From: Callorhinchus milii | Taxonomy: Eukaryota | NCBI RefSeq assembly: GCF_018977255.1 | Contig: NW_024704742.1 | Span: forward strand, 112,098,001-112,162,000 | Direction of reading: 5' to 3' | Length of the DNA stretch: 64,000 bases | Shown here: positions 25,401-38,659 of the stretch, in pieces | Layout of the letters: every line of letters begins with the position of its first letter | Numbering within the stretch: position 1 is the first letter of the stretch | Notes under the pieces: generated by a model | What the model saw: only the letters and a program-made list of their open reading frames with translations | Told to the model about the DNA's origin: nothing | Database searches by the model: none | Made by a program: the position numbers and the translations under genes

Positions 25401-26950
25401 GAATCTGAAAGTGGAAAGGATATGTTAAAGTAAAAAAATATAAATATTAAACCATAATTACTTGCGAGTAAAAAAAATTTCCACGCGTCTAAAATTGTCA
25501 CTACAGATAAAACCACTAAAAATGATCATACCCTTAAGAGTATAAAATGGTGCATAGACATGTAGAGGTGTGTATAGTTAGTGTAATGATCTCATTAATT
25601 GAGATTTGGAACTTTTCAGTGACTGGAGGGAACCAAAAACTTTCCAACAGTGAATTTAATTTTAACCATTTAAAATATGGGGAAATGATAGATTTTTCTT
25701 CTGGGATCACTTCTCCCCTTTCATAAGCTTTGTTACGTTTTCATCTTACTCTTATATTCTTCGGTGCAATTAAGCCCTGCCCTAGTAATTCCCAGCAGAA
25801 GATGCTTGTTCTGATGAGCTTTTAGCAGTTCAGTGATTGTTGTGAATGCTGATAGTAAAGGGGAAATAGAGGACATTTGAATAGTAAACTAGAAATCAAA
25901 AATGATTTCCTGATTATTCCCAAGAGCTGACATCTCAAGGACTAAATTCTGTGTCACCCAGTTTGCTATAAAGTGCGTTGTCTTTATAAATCTGAACGTA
26001 ATAAAGTTAACTATTTGATTTCTTTTGATCTACCTAGATTGAGGATTATTAAAAATGTAACCTACTTTTCCGTGATCCTCCATAGTCTCTTATGCCTCAA
26101 CTCACCTCACTTCAGTGGCTGCACCTTCCTTTATTAGGGACAAAGAATTAAATTAAGAGGGTCAACTTAACCAAACGCTGAACGTAAAGTAGCACTGAGC
26201 AGGGATAGGGTGCCAATTTTGTTACACCATATAAAGTCTAAACAAAGGGAAATGCCTTTTAAAAATCACAGCTGGAATTTTAAGCTCTGTTTCGTTACCA
26301 CTTGCAGAACTGAAACTGACACCTTATAGTTATCTTTTTAAAGAACAGAGCAACTGACCCAATTTTAAAATTCTTTGTCCCAGCTCTGTCATTCAGCACC
26401 GCAATGCATTCTATTTTTGGCTGAGAGAGCACCCAGCCTTCCAATGCATTCATTTCAAAATAAATCCATTGGAGTAAAAGGCCATACAAATGGTGTACTA
26501 ATTTGGTGAAATGTACAGCTTTTCATAATGTGTTCCTTGTGATAATTATGAAATGCTGCAAATTTTACACTAATATATATTTCAAAATATGGACCAATGC
26601 TATAGTTACAGTGGAATTGGTATTTATATCAAACTATAAATCTGAAATTGACTTGGTTTGATCGTATCTGAAGAGGAGAGGCACATTGAAATTTTAAATA
26701 ATTTTATTGCAAAGTTGCGTAAATCTTAAAACAAAAAACGTACTCTTCATTTACATAATGCATCATGGCCTTCACTTACTGTGCATTCAATATGCTGCAC
26801 TATTTCAGGAAATCCACCTGTTTTAAAACAAATAGGAATCATTCATTGAAAGATTGCTTGACATTCAAATGATTCAAGTACTGTACTACAGATTTGGAAC
26901 TTCTGGTGTACAGTAAGATACGTTTAGCTTGCAACACTGTGCATCGTTCC
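22500..26950. promoter_or_regulatory. TE-poor block, candidate cluster of conserved non-coding elements
   Basis: About 4.4 kb without recognisable SINE/LINE in a TE-dense window, with retained CpGs and TAAT, TGTCA, X-box, octamer and YY1 motifs. Confidence 0.5.
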
Positions 26951-27100
26951 ACACCCAGCAATCAGAACCCACTTATAGTGAACATTATAAGTCTTTTCTA
27001 ATTCCGTGGAACACGTTCAAATTGAAAGTGAACAATGATGCCTTTTAATTCCCATATTGGATCTTCAGTAGAAGAAAGACTGTTGAGATTATCAGAGGAA

Positions 27101-27298
27101 TGGTAATAATTCCTTCCAAATAAATAAAGATAATTTAATCGCTCTATCCATGACTGTTTGTGGGACACTGCTGTGTGCAATTGGCTGCCGCGTTTTGCCC
27201 GCAAAATATACAATCACTACAATTTACAGTATATTCTGTGAAACACTTTGAGGCGTCTCGCAGATGTGATAAGGCGCTATATCAAATACAAGGATTAT
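27101..27298 (+). mobile_element. 5'-truncated SINE
   Basis: GACTGTTTGTGGGACACTGCTGTGTGCAATTGGCTGCCGCG...CAAGGATTAT. Confidence 0.88.
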
Positions 27299-27539
27299 GT
27301 ATGCTGTGATTTCTCATGTTAGGCTATGCTTCACATTGTGATTTCTCACGTGGTAAACCCTTGCTGATCTTAACTGATTTCTAGCCAAGAAGTTACAAAA
27401 TACCTCCCAAAGAAGTCTTCAGTCACTTCTGGGTACTTTTAGTGACTGGAAAAGGTTGACGGGCTATTAGGTGGGTAGGATACTTGCTGTAGAGACTTAA
27501 ACAAAACAAACTCCCTCAAAGTGGGTAAAAGCACTACCA

Positions 27540-28080
27540 GGTCCACCTTGGAGTTGAACTGGCTCCAAGGTGATGTGCTTCATAAATAAATGTCGGAATT
27601 GAATCAATCCTCTGTGTGGTCTTGATAGTCTGATTCCTGAGCCAGGTGGATCCACAGTACTCCAGGGTATGTCTGGTGACAGACCAGCCTGCCTGGTTCA
27701 TCGGCAGGACTTGGAGGGGTAGACTGTGGGCAGGGATTCTTCCCATTTGGCTCCTCTTCCCCCTGCAAGCCAAAGTCCTAACAGATAGAGTGGTCCTAGC
27801 TGGACAAGCAGTGGGAGCCCTTGCCATGCAATACTCTCAATGGCACGCTATGGGGTTTTAGCTGGTTAGACTCCAGCACTACTCCAACACACACTCTTGT
27901 CTCCAAGCTTTGGCTCTTGTAACCTGAGCCTAATAGTCTTTGGAATTAGGTAAACAGGATATATCCCTCCATTCCAGGCACAGCAAAGTTTCTACATGTA
28001 GGTAGCATGCATATGTGGATCTCTTAGTTTGGTTTGGATACTCTGAAACATGGTAATGGGGTTCAGCGTGTAGCAGACAT
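27540..28080 (+). mobile_element. Unclassified old dispersed repeat (family C), longest copy
   Basis: The 5' part matches 3370-3720 and the 3' part matches 46540-46800. Confidence 0.7.
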
Positions 28081-28139
28081 CTGTGTGACTAACAAAAAGT
28101 CATTCTGACGAGGGAATTGCACATTCCCCTCCAAATTGG

Positions 28140-28464
28140 GGAGTCCTGTAGCTCAGTGATTTGAGCACTCCTTTGCAAGCGAGAGATCTGGGTTCGATTC
28201 CAGGCAGGGTGAAACCGTGGGGAAGTTTCCTTACTCCACACGCCTGATAATAATCTCTCAAAGAAAGCAATGATAAATTGGTCACTTCAATCCACGACTG
28301 TTGGTGGGACACTGCTGTGTGCAATTGGCTGCTGTGTTTCGCCCACAAATATAGTCAATTCACTTTGCAGCATATTCTGTCAAGCGCTTTGAGATGTCTC
28401 GAAGATGTGAAAAGCGCTATATCAAATGCAAGGATTATTATTGTTATAGTATATTATTATTATT
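28140..28464 (+). mobile_element. tRNA-derived SINE, full length
   Basis: GGAGTCCTGTAGCTCAGTG head, GGTTCGATTCC B box, TTA tail. Confidence 0.93.
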
Positions 28465-28469
28465 TCATT

Positions 28470-28810
28470 CCTTGTCTGGTTTGTTTTAGCTGATTACAGC
28501 CGGGCCAACAGAAGAGGTACTACAATTTATTTCAGTACACTGGACTTGGGAAGGGACAAATCAGCCAGGATTTCTGCTTTTACTTGCAAACTAATGGATG
28601 TTATTGGAAATTGTGCTTATGTGGACATCAGTTGGTGAGGACATTATTAAGCCTTTATCCCCTCCTCTCCCATAGTTAATAGCCTACCAACACTCATTCT
28701 CGGAGCACACACACAAAGAGCAATTACTTGGGCAAGGTACTAGAAGCCTTCTGGCATCCTTGAAATTGCACCTGGCAAAACAACACCGTTAGGAGAGGAA
28801 AAGGAGACAA
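28470..28810 (+). mobile_element. Old SINE-like repeat (family B)
   Basis: TTAGCTGAT...AAATCAGCCAGG...GTGAGGAC...AATAGCCTACCAACACTCA...ACTTGGGCAAGGTAC, collinear with the 31410, 52570 and 53600 copies. Confidence 0.65.
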
Positions 28811-30224
28811 CATTATCTGAAAAAGAGGGCAAAAAGCAAGTAATAAAAGCATTGACACAATAAAAAATATACTCACTCACTGCAAACGACTTGCTTCTAA
28901 TCAATCTAAAGTGGCCTGAAAGGAACAGTCCCTTGGAAGTGTTCTTGATATGTGTGAGCACCTTTAGTACATTAAAGTGTCCACAGGTGCCACAAACATC
29001 AATATGAACATGAACTTCATGTTGACCAGGCAGTAAAACCTCAACCACATACAGACAGTAAAATCACAGCAGTGACAAAAACGTGGAAATTCACCCCCGC
29101 ATGAAAAATAGTATTTTGTCTTTAATTAACTTATTAAATTGTAAATAAATAATAATTAATAAATAATAATAAAATAAACCTTGCATTCCATATCGCACCA
29201 CTCACGTCGGGAGGATATCTCAAAGCACTTCACCGGATTGTCCTATAAACAACAACATACATTTATATAGCACCCTTCATGCAGGGTAGTGTCTTTGAGC
29301 GCTTAAGTGTGACGTGCAAAGTTTAGTTACATTTAGTATATTTATCTGTGAATAATGTTATTTGTACATTTTATTAATATGTTAATAAGCACCACAGCCA
29401 TTTAAGTTCAGTACTGGATGCATCACTAGTTATTGTTAAATTGTTATTGTTTGTAACTATTTGTCATTATTAAAATTGTTCTGAATTTTAGTACCAAACT
29501 ATAGCCAGGATATGCTACACTAAAGCCTCACTGATACTTCTCAAACAAAGGCCCATATTAATATTGCTTCCCGCCCACCCATTGGCACTGCCAGAGGGTT
29601 TCTGGGTCTCAGTGCTGTGATGACAAGCTCCCATTAATGCAATGTGACAAATTTCAGCAATGGAATTTTTATAAAAATGTTAATGCCACACTAGCCTCAG
29701 TCAATATAGCCGATAGGCATCTCAAAGGCAATGCAGCACTGAGCACTCTGTGTCCTTTAGTAATTCTGTACTTCTGCAAAAATATACAGACTCCCTTCTC
29801 TGACAGGACTGATGCTTCTTCATTTTATTCTGTGGTTTTCCTCCTTGAACTGTTTTGTTCTCCAGTGATTATGTAATTAGGGCAAATCTGAAAGAAAGAG
29901 ATTGTCTATTTTAACACTCAACAAGTGTGGGCTTTCCTCCCAGCATTCGTGTGAAATCATGATAGCATGAAAGCAGCCAGGAAGTGGACTTAAAGCAGTA
30001 TGGCTTAATTTAGCATCTATGCCAGTAAAATCACAAGTATTGCAATTCCAACCACGTAAAACTCTAAATTTAGGATTTAAAAATAAATTAGCACTGCCTA
30101 AAAAACAATAATAACAACTTCTAGTACTACTCCTGGATTTCTAGCAAGTCCACTACCTTACAAATATAAAATTTACAATGCGCCTTTTTACATCAGGGGA
30201 ACATCTCACGGCATTGGAATAATA

Positions 30225-30652
30225 ACCCTTACATTGGGTTAGTGCCTTTCAGAACAGGAGGATGTCCCAAAACACTTCACAGGATTTACTGTAAAGTGCA
30301 GTGACTTTTTTTGTGTGTGGGCACACATGGGAGCCAGTTTGCACACAGCAATGTCCCACAGACAGCCATGAAGTGAGTGATCAATTTAATTTGGAGATTG
30401 TTGGTCAGGACCCTGGAGAAATTCCCTTCTCTTTTCAAATAGTGTCATGAAATTTTTAACATCCACCTAAACAGGCAAATGGGGCCTCAGTTTAATGTTT
30501 CATGTGAAGGACAGCACCTCTGACAATGTCGGACACCCCCAGCACTGCATCAGAGTGGCAGCTTAGACAAGAGGTGTTCCAAGTACTGACGTGGAACATT
30601 GAACCCACAATCTTTTGACTCAGAGGTGAGAGTGCTACCAATTGAGCCAGAT
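30225..30652 (-). mobile_element. DeuSINE-like element, near full length
   Basis: Reverse complement of the 13022-type head (GAACCCACAATCTTTTGACTCAGAGG) and Deu block. Confidence 0.85.
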
Positions 30653-30934
30653 GATTTTCATACTGAGTTACTCTGTAACTGAGCACTCTCTCAGCTGCAG
30701 TCTGACTTAGCTGCTTGCACCCCTCAAGGTAATTTACAGTTTACCTAATCAAGAAATAGATCAGAGGGATCTGGGATCAAACAGGTTGAGAGAGATTTAG
30801 CACAATGTTTTGACGTAAATAAAATATTTAAATTGATTTTTCTTCAAGAGTAATGAGGGTTTTTTATATTAAAAAAATCTATTCCTTTAAATTAAGATCT
30901 CAACGGTCTACAAAAAGTATTAAACGGAACAGTA

Positions 30935-31180
30935 GAAAAAAAGCTCTTTACACGAGATAGGTTGGAATGTGGAATTCTCTGCCCCCGAAGCACTGTTGAA
31001 GCAAAGGCCATAAATTATTTTGAAAGGGAATTAGATAGAGGCTTGAAAAATAGAAAGATTAAAAGCTATGAGGAGCAAGCAGGGAGTGGGATTGGATCAG
31101 ATAAAATTGCTCATATGGAAAAAAAACACTAGTGCAGCCTTGATGGGGTAAATGGCCAGTTTCCACACAACTCTATTCCT
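30935..31180 (+). mobile_element. CR1 3' fragment
   Basis: GGAATGTGGAATTCTCTGCC (WNSLP) ... AAAGGGAATTAGATAG. Confidence 0.75.
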
Positions 31181-31409
31181 TCAATGATCCAGCAGCACTG
31201 TATACAGCTGCCTAAAATTAAAACAAACTTTTTCAGTTTTGTGATATTGAGTACTGTTCTAGGTGTTAATGCAGATACTAATGGCAAGAATAATATTTAT
31301 TATTGCCTTTGTAATATCACGGTACCCAGTCCCAGCAAAGATTCAGTTGTATTTGATCAATGTAAAATGACATATACTCGGATGGTTCTCTCCTCCTCAG
31401 CTTGTAAGA

Positions 31410-32035
31410 TGACTCATTGCCCAGTGAGATATTGAGCAATACAGTCACACAAGGTTCCAAGATTGAATCCCATTCTATGCTGAGTTAGCTGCTGAGACAC
31501 TAGTTAGCCTCAGTGCCATGAGCAAGGCAAGCAAAATCAAGTCAGGGTGTCCCTCCAGAGGGCTGAAATTCCACGTAGACTTAGCTTGTAAGACTATGTT
31601 ATAATTTAAGTCCATACAGAATCATGAAAATATTTAAATTCAGTTTCAATTTGGAAGCTGGTTTTCCAGAGTTCTTAAAAAGAACCAGCTTCCAGGTTGG
31701 TACTGAACTTAATCATTTTCCACAATATTGTGCAATCTTACATTTTCAGCCAGAACATTCTCACTGACAAGAACTGGGTGAACGTTGGACCTCTGAATAC
31801 TACTGTACCAGTGGGCCTGGTGGCCAGTTTGGATGTTGAGGCAGAACCAATCAGCCATGATATCCCCCAACACCCACTCGAATAACCTGCTCATATTCAT
31901 TGTTATATATTAGCCCTATATTGCTAATATAATTTTTTTTAAAATTGGCCCCAGGAAACACACATTAGTACCCCAACATGAGTTAACACCTTGGGAGAGA
32001 AGAGAAAAAAAATTGAATAAAGAAAAAAATAAAAT
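31410..32035 (+). mobile_element. Old SINE-like repeat (family B) interrupted by a MITE
   Basis: CTATGCTGAGTTAGCTG...AAAATCAAGTCAGGG, continues after 31751 and ends in an A-rich tail. Confidence 0.6.
31560..31751. mobile_element. Palindromic MITE, PIF/Harbinger-like
   Basis: Termini GGGCTGAAA / TTTCAGCC, 3-bp TSD AGA (31557-31559, 31752-31754), internal 27-bp stem. Confidence 0.7.
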
Positions 32036-32269
32036 TTACTCAGATAGTTTTGCCATTAGTTTATCAAAATCTGGGACACAATTGAAGCACATCCCACAGT
32101 AGCTAATGTGCATGACATATGTGAAGCTTCACTCCAGCAGGTCAATTCATCTGAACAAAAACTCAAGAGTTTGTGATTCATTCTTTTTTTAATTAAAAAT
32201 TTCAAATATGTAACATCAAAGAAATTCTGTTGAAAGGTTTGTGTGTTTCTTCCTTGAATATCATTGAGT

Positions 32270-32390
32270 GCAGGAGGCGGGCACTGTTTATTTAAAGCCC
32301 TGTGCAGTATTGCAATCACAGCATGGTTCTGTCAGGAATCCGGCTTGTTTACTGACCGAAGTAATGTAAGTAGGTATCCATGGCAACTCC
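32270..32390 (+). promoter_or_regulatory. Candidate enhancer: GC box, forkhead site and RFX X-box
   Basis: GGAGGCGGG (~32272), TGTTTAC (32346-32352), GTATCCATGGCAAC (32374-32387). Confidence 0.35.
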
Positions 32391-32639
32391 AAACAGCAAA
32401 CAGGCAAAAAGAGCTAGTTCTGTTAACCTGTAATCTATATATTCCATTTTACAGGAGCAGGTTAGGAAGGAGGACATTTATCTAAATGTATTTTCATGCA
32501 TCAAGACTCTGAGTGGCTCGAATATTCTGGACCTTGTGAAATACGAAATTGGGGGAATACAGTACTTGATGTGATAATTGTCATTAGTGCGAGTCATCGG
32601 ATCACATGGTCCATTTCCCTCCTTTATTTCTTACATGCT

Positions 32640-33138
32640 TACGGTCGTGCTTAAGGTCACCTCTTCCCTCCCCGGGCTCGGTGTCAGGCCACTCTTAAGC
32701 ACTCCGAGACACCGTCCCGCATGAAGGGCGCTAAATAATTGCAAGTTGTTGTTACAGTAATCCTGTGAACTGCTTTGAGATATCCTCCTGATGTGAAAAG
32801 CACTATAACAATGCAAGGATTATCATTATCATTATTATTATTATTATAATAAATATCTAAACCCTACATAAATCATCTGAAAGCACAGTCCTCCTTCCCA
32901 TCCATTAGTCACTTGTCCGAGTCACCTGGACACCACCAGCATTTGTAAGTTGTGGCGATGATCCACTGCCTCTCCACTTTCAAATCTCGCCTAAAGACCT
33001 TGCTTTTTGATGGTGCTTTTGGTCACCTCCTCCCTCCCTCTCCCTTTGATTCGTTGTCAGCCTCTCCCACTGTGAAGCGCTCCAGGATGCTACCCCAAGT
33101 TGATTGAGGCTATATAAATGCAAGTTGTTGTTGTTGTT
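32640..33138 (+). mobile_element. Stacked L2 and SINE 3' fragments
   Basis: L2 tail ending GCAAGTTGTTGTT (~32752), SINE tail (~32755-32850), second L2 3' piece ending (TTG)n at 33138. Confidence 0.8.
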
Positions 33139-33822
33139 ACTTTTGAACTGGGCATAATTTTCTAAAGGTAAACCAGTCATTTTGTGGATTCCTGGATTGA
33201 TAGGAATATTTACCTATCATCAAATCTCCACTTTCAAATAAGTCAAACAACAGTCACTTGTCGAACAACATTTCCGTAGCCCAGCCCAAGACCATCAGAA
33301 TCAGTAGATAATTGTAAATTTCTGAACCTTGGCGATCAGTGTAAATTTCAAATAAAATTTTACACACTAGTAGGGAGAATAAGATGTTATTCTCTAGATA
33401 AATGTACCAACCAATTGAGAATCACTCATGTTGTATCCTTGCCTTGCTTTATCTAGGTGTTATTCCCAATTCATCTCTCTAACACTGGTTATCAACCTTT
33501 TTGCTCTCCTCTGAGCTATCTTTATGGCTTACGCAAGCCTCTTTTGTCACACCAGCAACAACAACTACAACAACTTGCACTTATATAGCTCCCTCTACGC
33601 CAGGCGGCATCTCAGAGTGCTTATACTGTAGAGCAAGAACTCTATAGTGTAAGTGTAGTCTAACCAGAGCAACATACAGCAAGACCATGATTGAGAACAA
33701 TTTGCTGAAACTCCGCTTTGATTCCAATCTGATTTTTGACCTCCATGAAGCCAAATTGCAGCAAAACAGGTTCCTGGTTCCCAGGAGGAGATCAGTGGGG
33801 TCTGTTGGATTGACGTTCAATA

Positions 33823-34005
33823 CAGGGTGACCAAAAAATTGTGATAACTTTTCTATTATCTAAAAAATATACATCAACAACAACAACAAGATTATATTTG
33901 TATAGCGCCTTTCATGTCGGAAGGACGTCCCAAGGTGCTGGCATCATCATTTCTTTAAGACTTATTAGACATTGTAATGGTATCACAATTTTTCTGATCC
34001 CCCTT
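33823..34005. mobile_element. Tc1/mariner-like MITE with nested L2 tail (~33875-33940)
   Basis: TA-flanked imperfect TIRs: CAGGGTGACCAAAAAATTGTGATA and TATCACAATTTTTCTGATCCCCCTT. Confidence 0.7.
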
Positions 34006-34189
34006 TATATACATACATAGGATATGTCCATCCATAGGATCCATCATTTACAAATCCATTTGCAAATATTTCTTACTTTGTCTCTCATCATTTCAAAAAC
34101 ATATAGAGTGAAAAATAGATATTTCACAAATAATCTATTGTGAAATGTCGCATTTTACATCTATTTCTAAAGAAATAGGCTGCTGTTAG

Positions 34190-34580
34190 CAACAACAACA
34201 AAAATAACAATGAATTTATATAGCCCCCTTTACACAGGATAGCATCTCAGAGCATTGTACAGTGGCAGGATTGGATGCTGAGCAAGGAAGAAAGCGGAGG
34301 TGTCAATAAGAGCTAAATTTAAGTGGGATTTAAAAATAGCTACATAGGGATTGAGGCAGGGAGTTCCAGAGGTTGTTGTGCGGTGGCTGAAGGCAAGACC
34401 ATTGATGGTAGAACAGAGGGGTCAGGGGATACACAGCAGGCCTGTGCCAGCTGAGCAAAGGGGAAAGGTAGAGGAGGTGGTATTTGCAGGTCAGAGAGAT
34501 AGGGAGGTGCTAGGGCTTGAAAGGATTTGTATGTGAGGGTGAGGATCTTGAAATTGATCCTTTCAGAAACAGGGAGCAGG
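34190..34580 (-). mobile_element. L2 LINE 3' fragment
   Basis: GAGGATCTTGAAATTGATCC, GGGAGTTCCAGAG and CAACAACAAC tail. Confidence 0.85.
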
Positions 34581-35959
34581 ACTGACTATACTTTTTTTTT
34601 AATATCCTGGAGACAGTGTTTCACAGAGTATCGATTGAGTTCTCAGTATCCTATTTTTAACACCAATCTCTGTGATCCAGAGCAGCAACAGAGTGGAGAT
34701 CTATTTTTGCGTAATCATTAAACTGAGTCCAGGAGAATGGTTCATGAGGAACAGGAAAGCCTTCAATTTGGACCAAGGAGATGTTATGCTTCTTCAGTGG
34801 ATAAATGTCTAAAAATCATCTGAAGAATAAAAATTTAAAGTAAAAAAAAAACAGTTTGAGTGAAAAGTTCAATTGCCTCACTATATAAAGAACAAAGATA
34901 GCTGTGTTTCATCCTGATATACAGTTTGGTCAGGATTTGTAGATACTCTTGGATTCCCTCATGACTTTAGAAAATTAGGATTTAGCTGTAATATTGTATA
35001 GGCTCTCACTGTGAAAAGATAGGATTTGTACTTCCAAGATACACACATAAAATGTCTAGTATTAATTATACAGCCAACGCCCCTGTACTTGCCAGTGACA
35101 TATTTATTTAGTTGTTTCTTTTCACATGAAAGTGGTTGCACATTCCCACCATAAGAAGTCCTGAGTGTTCCTTTTTAAAAGATGAACATAAACATGGTAT
35201 TGAACCAATTTAATGGATAAAAACATAATGGACTCCAGTGGTAGAACAAAGCATTTCACATCTGACTTTGTCGCTATGATTGCGTGGGTTAGGAGATAAT
35301 TGTCGGCCTTTTAAATAAGCTTGTTCCCTCTCGCACTCGCTCTTCCTTTGTGTCTCATGCACCATTTCAGTACTCAAGTGTTCATACAAATGATACATTT
35401 CTGCATCAACAGTGTTAGACATCTTTGTGTCAATGGTTTTGATTATCAGCGTAACTAACCCTAATGGCAACAGTAATGTGCAACAGGTCAATGGTATTAC
35501 TGCCATCAACTCTTTCATTCGCTACTGAATGTGAAGTTTAAATGGGTCTCAGAGCATAAATGTAGCATGTGAGAATAGCATTGGACTTTTTCCCTTGTTT
35601 TTAAAAGGTTTTAGGTCGTGCAGGAACTTTATATGAAACATTTTTAATACAATTAAAGTTAATAACAAACAATTTTGTCAAAACAAATTCCAGCATGATT
35701 TAAAACAATGGAGCTTTCAGTATAAACTTGATTCTTGCTCTATATAAATGTAGTAACAAAAGCGAACCACTGATAAAAAAAATTAGCCCACAGGAGGATT
35801 TAATGCAATGTTAAAGCACGTAAGGTAGAAATTCTGCTCATGTCTAGATTTATTCCATTTATAAAGCATATCACAGTGCTCAGAATTAAGTAAATTGTTG
35901 AATTCAGTATTAATTTTGAAGCCGTTTTTCTCTAGTTCTTAAAAAAGCTTTACAAGATC

Positions 35960-36180
35960 ACAAGATTGGTTTAGATGAAGAAGGCTCTTCATCCCATCTA
36001 TTCTCGTTCTTCCAAATTACCTACCCTGCCATCCCCCCACCACAGCATTAAGTTGTTTTTTAAATCAAGCATCCTTCCTGGCAACCTGTTGCAGTCGTTA
36101 ATTACTTCCTGAGTGAAGACAAACTTCCTAGTGTCTGGCTTAACATTGCCCTTTCCAACCCTAAACCTATGTCTTCTGTA
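35960..36180 (-). mobile_element. CR1 3' fragment
   Basis: Reverse-complement similarity to 19785-20025. Confidence 0.65.
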
Positions 36181-36330
36181 ACTTAGGTGTTATATAAAGA
36201 ATCTGAGTTTTGCAAATGGAGATTCTTTCTAATAACTAAAATTACCAACCCTCTGATACACGGAAACACCACTTAGACACAATCTACTTCCAGAGCAGAG
36301 TTAACGCTGAGTCAATGGGAATTTGTAGTT

Positions 36331-36790
36331 ATACAACTTGGATTTATATAGCGCCCTCCACACCGGACGCTCAGAGCGCTTCACAGTAAAGGATCCCGGG
36401 GCCGAGCCAGGGGGAGTGGGAGAAAGGTCACCAAAGGCGCGGTCGAAAAGATAGGTCTTCAGCAGAGACCTGAAAATGGGGAGGGAGGGGACGAGACGAA
36501 GGGAGTGAGGAAGGCAGTTCCAGAGCCTCGGGGCATAGTGGCTGAAGGCACGGCCGCCAAGGGTGGAGCGGAGGACTCGGGGGATGAGGAGGAGGCCAGA
36601 CCCAGAGGAACGAAGGCAATGGGTACTATTTTGAGGAGAGAGGAAGTCAGAGAGGTAGGGGGATAGGCAGCCAGTGCAGTCTGTCAAGGACTGGGGTGAT
36701 TGGGGAGCGGGTTTTTGTAGGCAGAGTTTTGAAAGATTTGAATTTTATGGATGGTAGTGGATGGGAGACCGGTAAGGAGGGTGTGGGAGA
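36331..36790 (-). mobile_element. L2 LINE 3' fragment
   Basis: PYLSDFL...LRSSGSGLLLIPR...GGRAFSHYAPRLWNCLP...KTYLFDRAF. Confidence 0.93.
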
Positions 36791-38184
36791 GAACTGGAAG
36801 TAGAGCACAATGCTCTTTCTTCCAGGGATCCAATGTCCAGATGATGGGGTTTATTATACACAACGTATATACTCCAGTGCAGAGGAATACGCTGTATATA
36901 ATGAACAACACTGTTTTTATTGATTGTATAAAAATTCCCTTAGCACATTTGAACTTATTACACATTGTAGACCTCACTATTGGGGATTTCCAGTTTTCTT
37001 TTGGCCTGTGAAGCAGATATGCAAGGAAATTATGGCATGGCAGGCACTTGTCTCTGAACACGTAACTATCTATTATTTTCAATCGGACAGTTCATAGTCT
37101 GATGTGGATTAGGGTGAAGAGTATTTATTATTTATTTATTTATTACTCATGACTAATGGGCCATGATTTTCTCACACCAGCTTAGACCATCCTGGGAAAA
37201 GAGAGGATGGAGGAATAATTCCCCATGCTTCCCAGCAACTCAAAAATCACAGTGATCCATAAAGCACAGAGAAGGTATTAGATGATTTTTTTTGTCAGCC
37301 AGGTGTCAGACACATGCAGAAACCCATCGCTATGCTTTAAGAGTATCCAAACCAAACATTTAACAAATCTCAAGAAGAATTAGAGGTTAGAAGACACCAT
37401 GTAGTAGATACGTGGAACAAAAATCCTAACAAAAGCAATTAAAGTTATATCAATCAACTCCTTTTAAAAGAATTAGATAAGCCACATGAATCTGGATGTG
37501 AACAGTATTGGTTATAGCACAGACTGAAATGGCAAATACTCTGCAGGCCATAATGGTTTCTATTTGCTGTTATTTTAATTTGTTTTATTTACACAAAGGA
37601 GTGATACATTGGTAATATTCTAAGTAATACATTTTAGTCTTGGCTAGGCTGTTAAAATTCAGCCAGGGCAGGGTGCTATCAGGTGTAACATTATTATCAA
37701 GAGTTACCAGTTACAAACTGGAGCAAACGACAACTACTATACCACTCCGGCTCCTTTGATAAAGAACCTGTGATGCTGAACGTGTTTCTAGGACATTGTG
37801 AGTATATGAGTATCAGCGGTTGCTATCAGAAGATTTAGCAATTTCTCACGATGACTTGCTGCTCTGCAGAGTATTACCATTATAGCATTGTGAAACCACT
37901 TAGACTTAATTTACCTCATGCCCTATCACATCTTTCTCCAGACCTTTGTACGACTTTTATGAATCAAGGCATTGCTCAACCCTTAATAATTGCCCCAGTA
38001 CCTGTGCACCTTCTTCCTGATGAGATTTACAGTGTTTCATCATTTATGTTGGACTGCCTAAAATTCTCATTTTCCACAATGTTTAAATGGACACTTCAGT
38101 CCTTTTTGTTTTAGGCTCCTTAGAGACTTGATTTTCCTGAGACCATCAGACTCAATAATGAAAATTATCTTAAAATAATAGCAA

Positions 38185-38345
38185 AAATAATCCTTGCATT
38201 TGCTGTAGCACTTATAATGCCAAGATATCTCAAAGCATGTTACAGTAATTACCATTATGTAGTTTCTGTGTAATTTGTAGGTGAACTTGGTAGCAATTTG
38301 CTCACGGCAATGTCCCACAAACAGCCAGAAGGTGAATACTCTCAA
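38185..38345 (-). mobile_element. SINE 3' fragment
   Basis: AATAATCCTTGCATTTG...GCAATGTCCCACAAACAG. Confidence 0.75.
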
Positions 38346-38659
38346 TTTACCTTTTCTTACATTCAGAAGAGGTGGAAGGAGAAAATAGGAGAGAGGAAAG
38401 AACTATCAATTTTTCTCATAATTATTCATAAAGTTATAATTTTAGCATTCTAAAGGAGATAAATATTTGCATTAGATTTTTTTTAAAAATCCTGGTCTGT
38501 TTGTCCTGCATCAGGATGTACTGAGATGGCTGTCAGTCACAATTAACAGCTGACATAGTATAATCTACACAATAGTACAGGGAGGAAAAGGAAATAAAAT
38601 GTATCTCCTTAAATAATATCTATATAATAAAATTATTAATATAATATATTTAATAAAAT

